The notes under the pieces: model-generated
Told to the model about the DNA's origin: nothing
Seen by the model: the letters and a program-made list of their open reading frames with translations, nothing else
Database searches by the model: none
Shown here: piece by piece, positions 62,551 to 64,000 of the stretch
How positions within the stretch are numbered: the stretch's first letter is position 1
How the letters are laid out: every line of letters starts with the position of its first letter
Position numbers and translations under genes: made by a program
Source: the human T2T-CHM13v2.0 reference genome, Homo sapiens
Assembly (NCBI RefSeq): GCF_009914755.1
Contig: NC_060935.1
DNA: 64,000 nt
Strand: one strand, 5' to 3'

Positions 62551-62985
62551 TATAAGTAGTTAAAATTAATTTAAAATTCAGCTCCCAGGGGAGTGGGGTG
62601 GAACAACAACAAAAAACCAGCTCCTTTGCCTTCCTAGCCATGTTTCAGATGCTCAGTAACTGTGTGTGGCTGTGGAACTGGACAGCTCAGCCGTAGAGTG
62701 TTTCCCTTTCTTGTTAATCTTTTTTTAGAAATGCTAACGGTGGAGACTAAGGCATACAAGTATGACTAGAATTGCCAGCTACACATTAGAAGGTTTAGGT
62801 TCAAAACTGGGAGTAAAGACTTAACTCTTGGAGCTTGGGATAGTGCTACAACTAGTCCTGGCCTGAGCCTTTTCTTCATTCATGTTTTATCCTTTTTTTC
62901 TTTATTTTTGGACACTGATAAGAACCTGTATGAGATTGTTTCCTTTTTTCCCCCCGCGTTGTAGGTATCTTGTTTTGCCAGTTTA

Positions 62986-63065
62986 TTAGGTTGGTGCAAA
63001 AGTAATTGTGGTTTTTGCCATTACTTTTAATTGCAAAAACCACAATTACTTTTGCACCAACCTAA
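62986..63065. mobile_element. MADE1 MITE, copy 2, near-perfect 80-bp hairpin
   Basis: TA|ttaggttggtgcaaaagtaattgtggtttttgc cattacttttaatt gcaaaaaccacaattacttttgcaccaacctaa|TA. The 33-bp arms are perfectly complementary. Confidence 0.96.
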
Positions 63066-63094
63066 TAAAAATCCCACCCTTAGGCTTGAGTTCT

Positions 63095-63640
63095 CCTGTG
63101 CTCAAGCAATTTTCTTACCTTGGCTTCCTGAATAGCTGGGACTATAGGCATGCACCACCACGCCTGGCTAATTTTTATATTTTTAGTAGAGACGGGGTCT
63201 TGCTATTTTGCACAGGCTGATCTCTAAGTCCTGGCCTCAAGTGATCTTCCTGTTTCAGTCCCCAAGGTGTTGGGATTATGGGCATGAACTGCTGCACCCA
63301 GCCCTTTATACTCAAAAAAAAAAAAAAAAAAAATTCCTAACTGTAAATTGATAAATTATAGCTGTTATTTATAGGGTACAAAGTGATGTTATGATTCATG
63401 TATACAATGCAGAATAATTAAATCAAGTTAATTAACATTCATCACCACAAACACTTTTTTGTGGGAAGAAAATTGGAAATTCTCTTTGTGATTTTGAAAT
63501 GCACAGTGGGATGAGTATTTACTACATTCACCATGCTATGCACTATATCTCAAAGAAAAAAAACCCTTTTTCCTCCTAATTAAGGCTTTGTCTCCCCTGA
63601 CCATCATCTTCCCCATTCCTCTCACCTTTCAGCAATCTTT
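63095..63640 (-). mobile_element. Partial Alu (63095-63303) and L1MA-like 3' fragment (63340-63640)
   Basis: Alu arm; taattaaatcaagttaattaacattcatcacc is an L1MA 3' motif. Confidence 0.75.
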
Positions 63641-64000
63641 GTACACTTATCTCAGATAATAACCATTTGATTGCCAAGATTCCATATAAGAAGTTTTGGT
63701 CTTTTTTACCTTTGTACTATGGATTATGGAAGTTTCAGCTTTTACATCAAATTAAGCTTGATTGTATACCTTGGCTGAGCCCACTAAATGTAGCTCGGTG
63801 ATTGGGATCATGTAGTCATTTGTACCTTTGCTGTGCGTCCCTGCCCACTGTTGTTACAACAGGCAGAGGTAGTTCTTTGGGCCTTATTCTAGATGTTGAT
63901 GTACTAATTTATGACTTGGCTCTGTTTTAATAGCAGCTTAGATTGTGTTGGCTTCATATATGCCTGCAGTGATTTGAGTGTCCATTAGGGTGCATAGCCA

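Overview
Primate, most likely human, genomic DNA that I recognise as the LRP5-PPP6R3 locus (human 11q13). The window holds the last two coding exons and 3'UTR of LRP5 (+ strand, ending near 6180). An ~11 kb Alu/L1-packed intergenic stretch follows, then a CpG-island promoter with a non-coding first exon (assigned to PPP6R3 from gene order), and ~46 kb of that gene's first intron. The intron carries an antisense SVA with TSDs, an NDUFA3 processed pseudogene, a MER21-type LTR, old L1/L2 fragments, many DNA-transposon relics (including two MADE1 hairpins) and dozens of Alus. Nearly all long ORFs in the track are Alu, SVA or GC-rich artefacts, and I see no new multi-gene system. The most unusual signal is a ~600 bp AluY + L1-spacer + partial-Alu composite at 50717-51331. 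It has its own poly(A) and TSD-like flanks and is a copy of 10449-11053, 40 kb away, so it is a candidate Alu 3' transduction or Alu-Alu templated duplication. A separate 59-bp templated insertion (59437-59495, matching 61408-61466) also stands out. Repeat subfamily names and boundaries are from recalled consensus sequences and are approximate.
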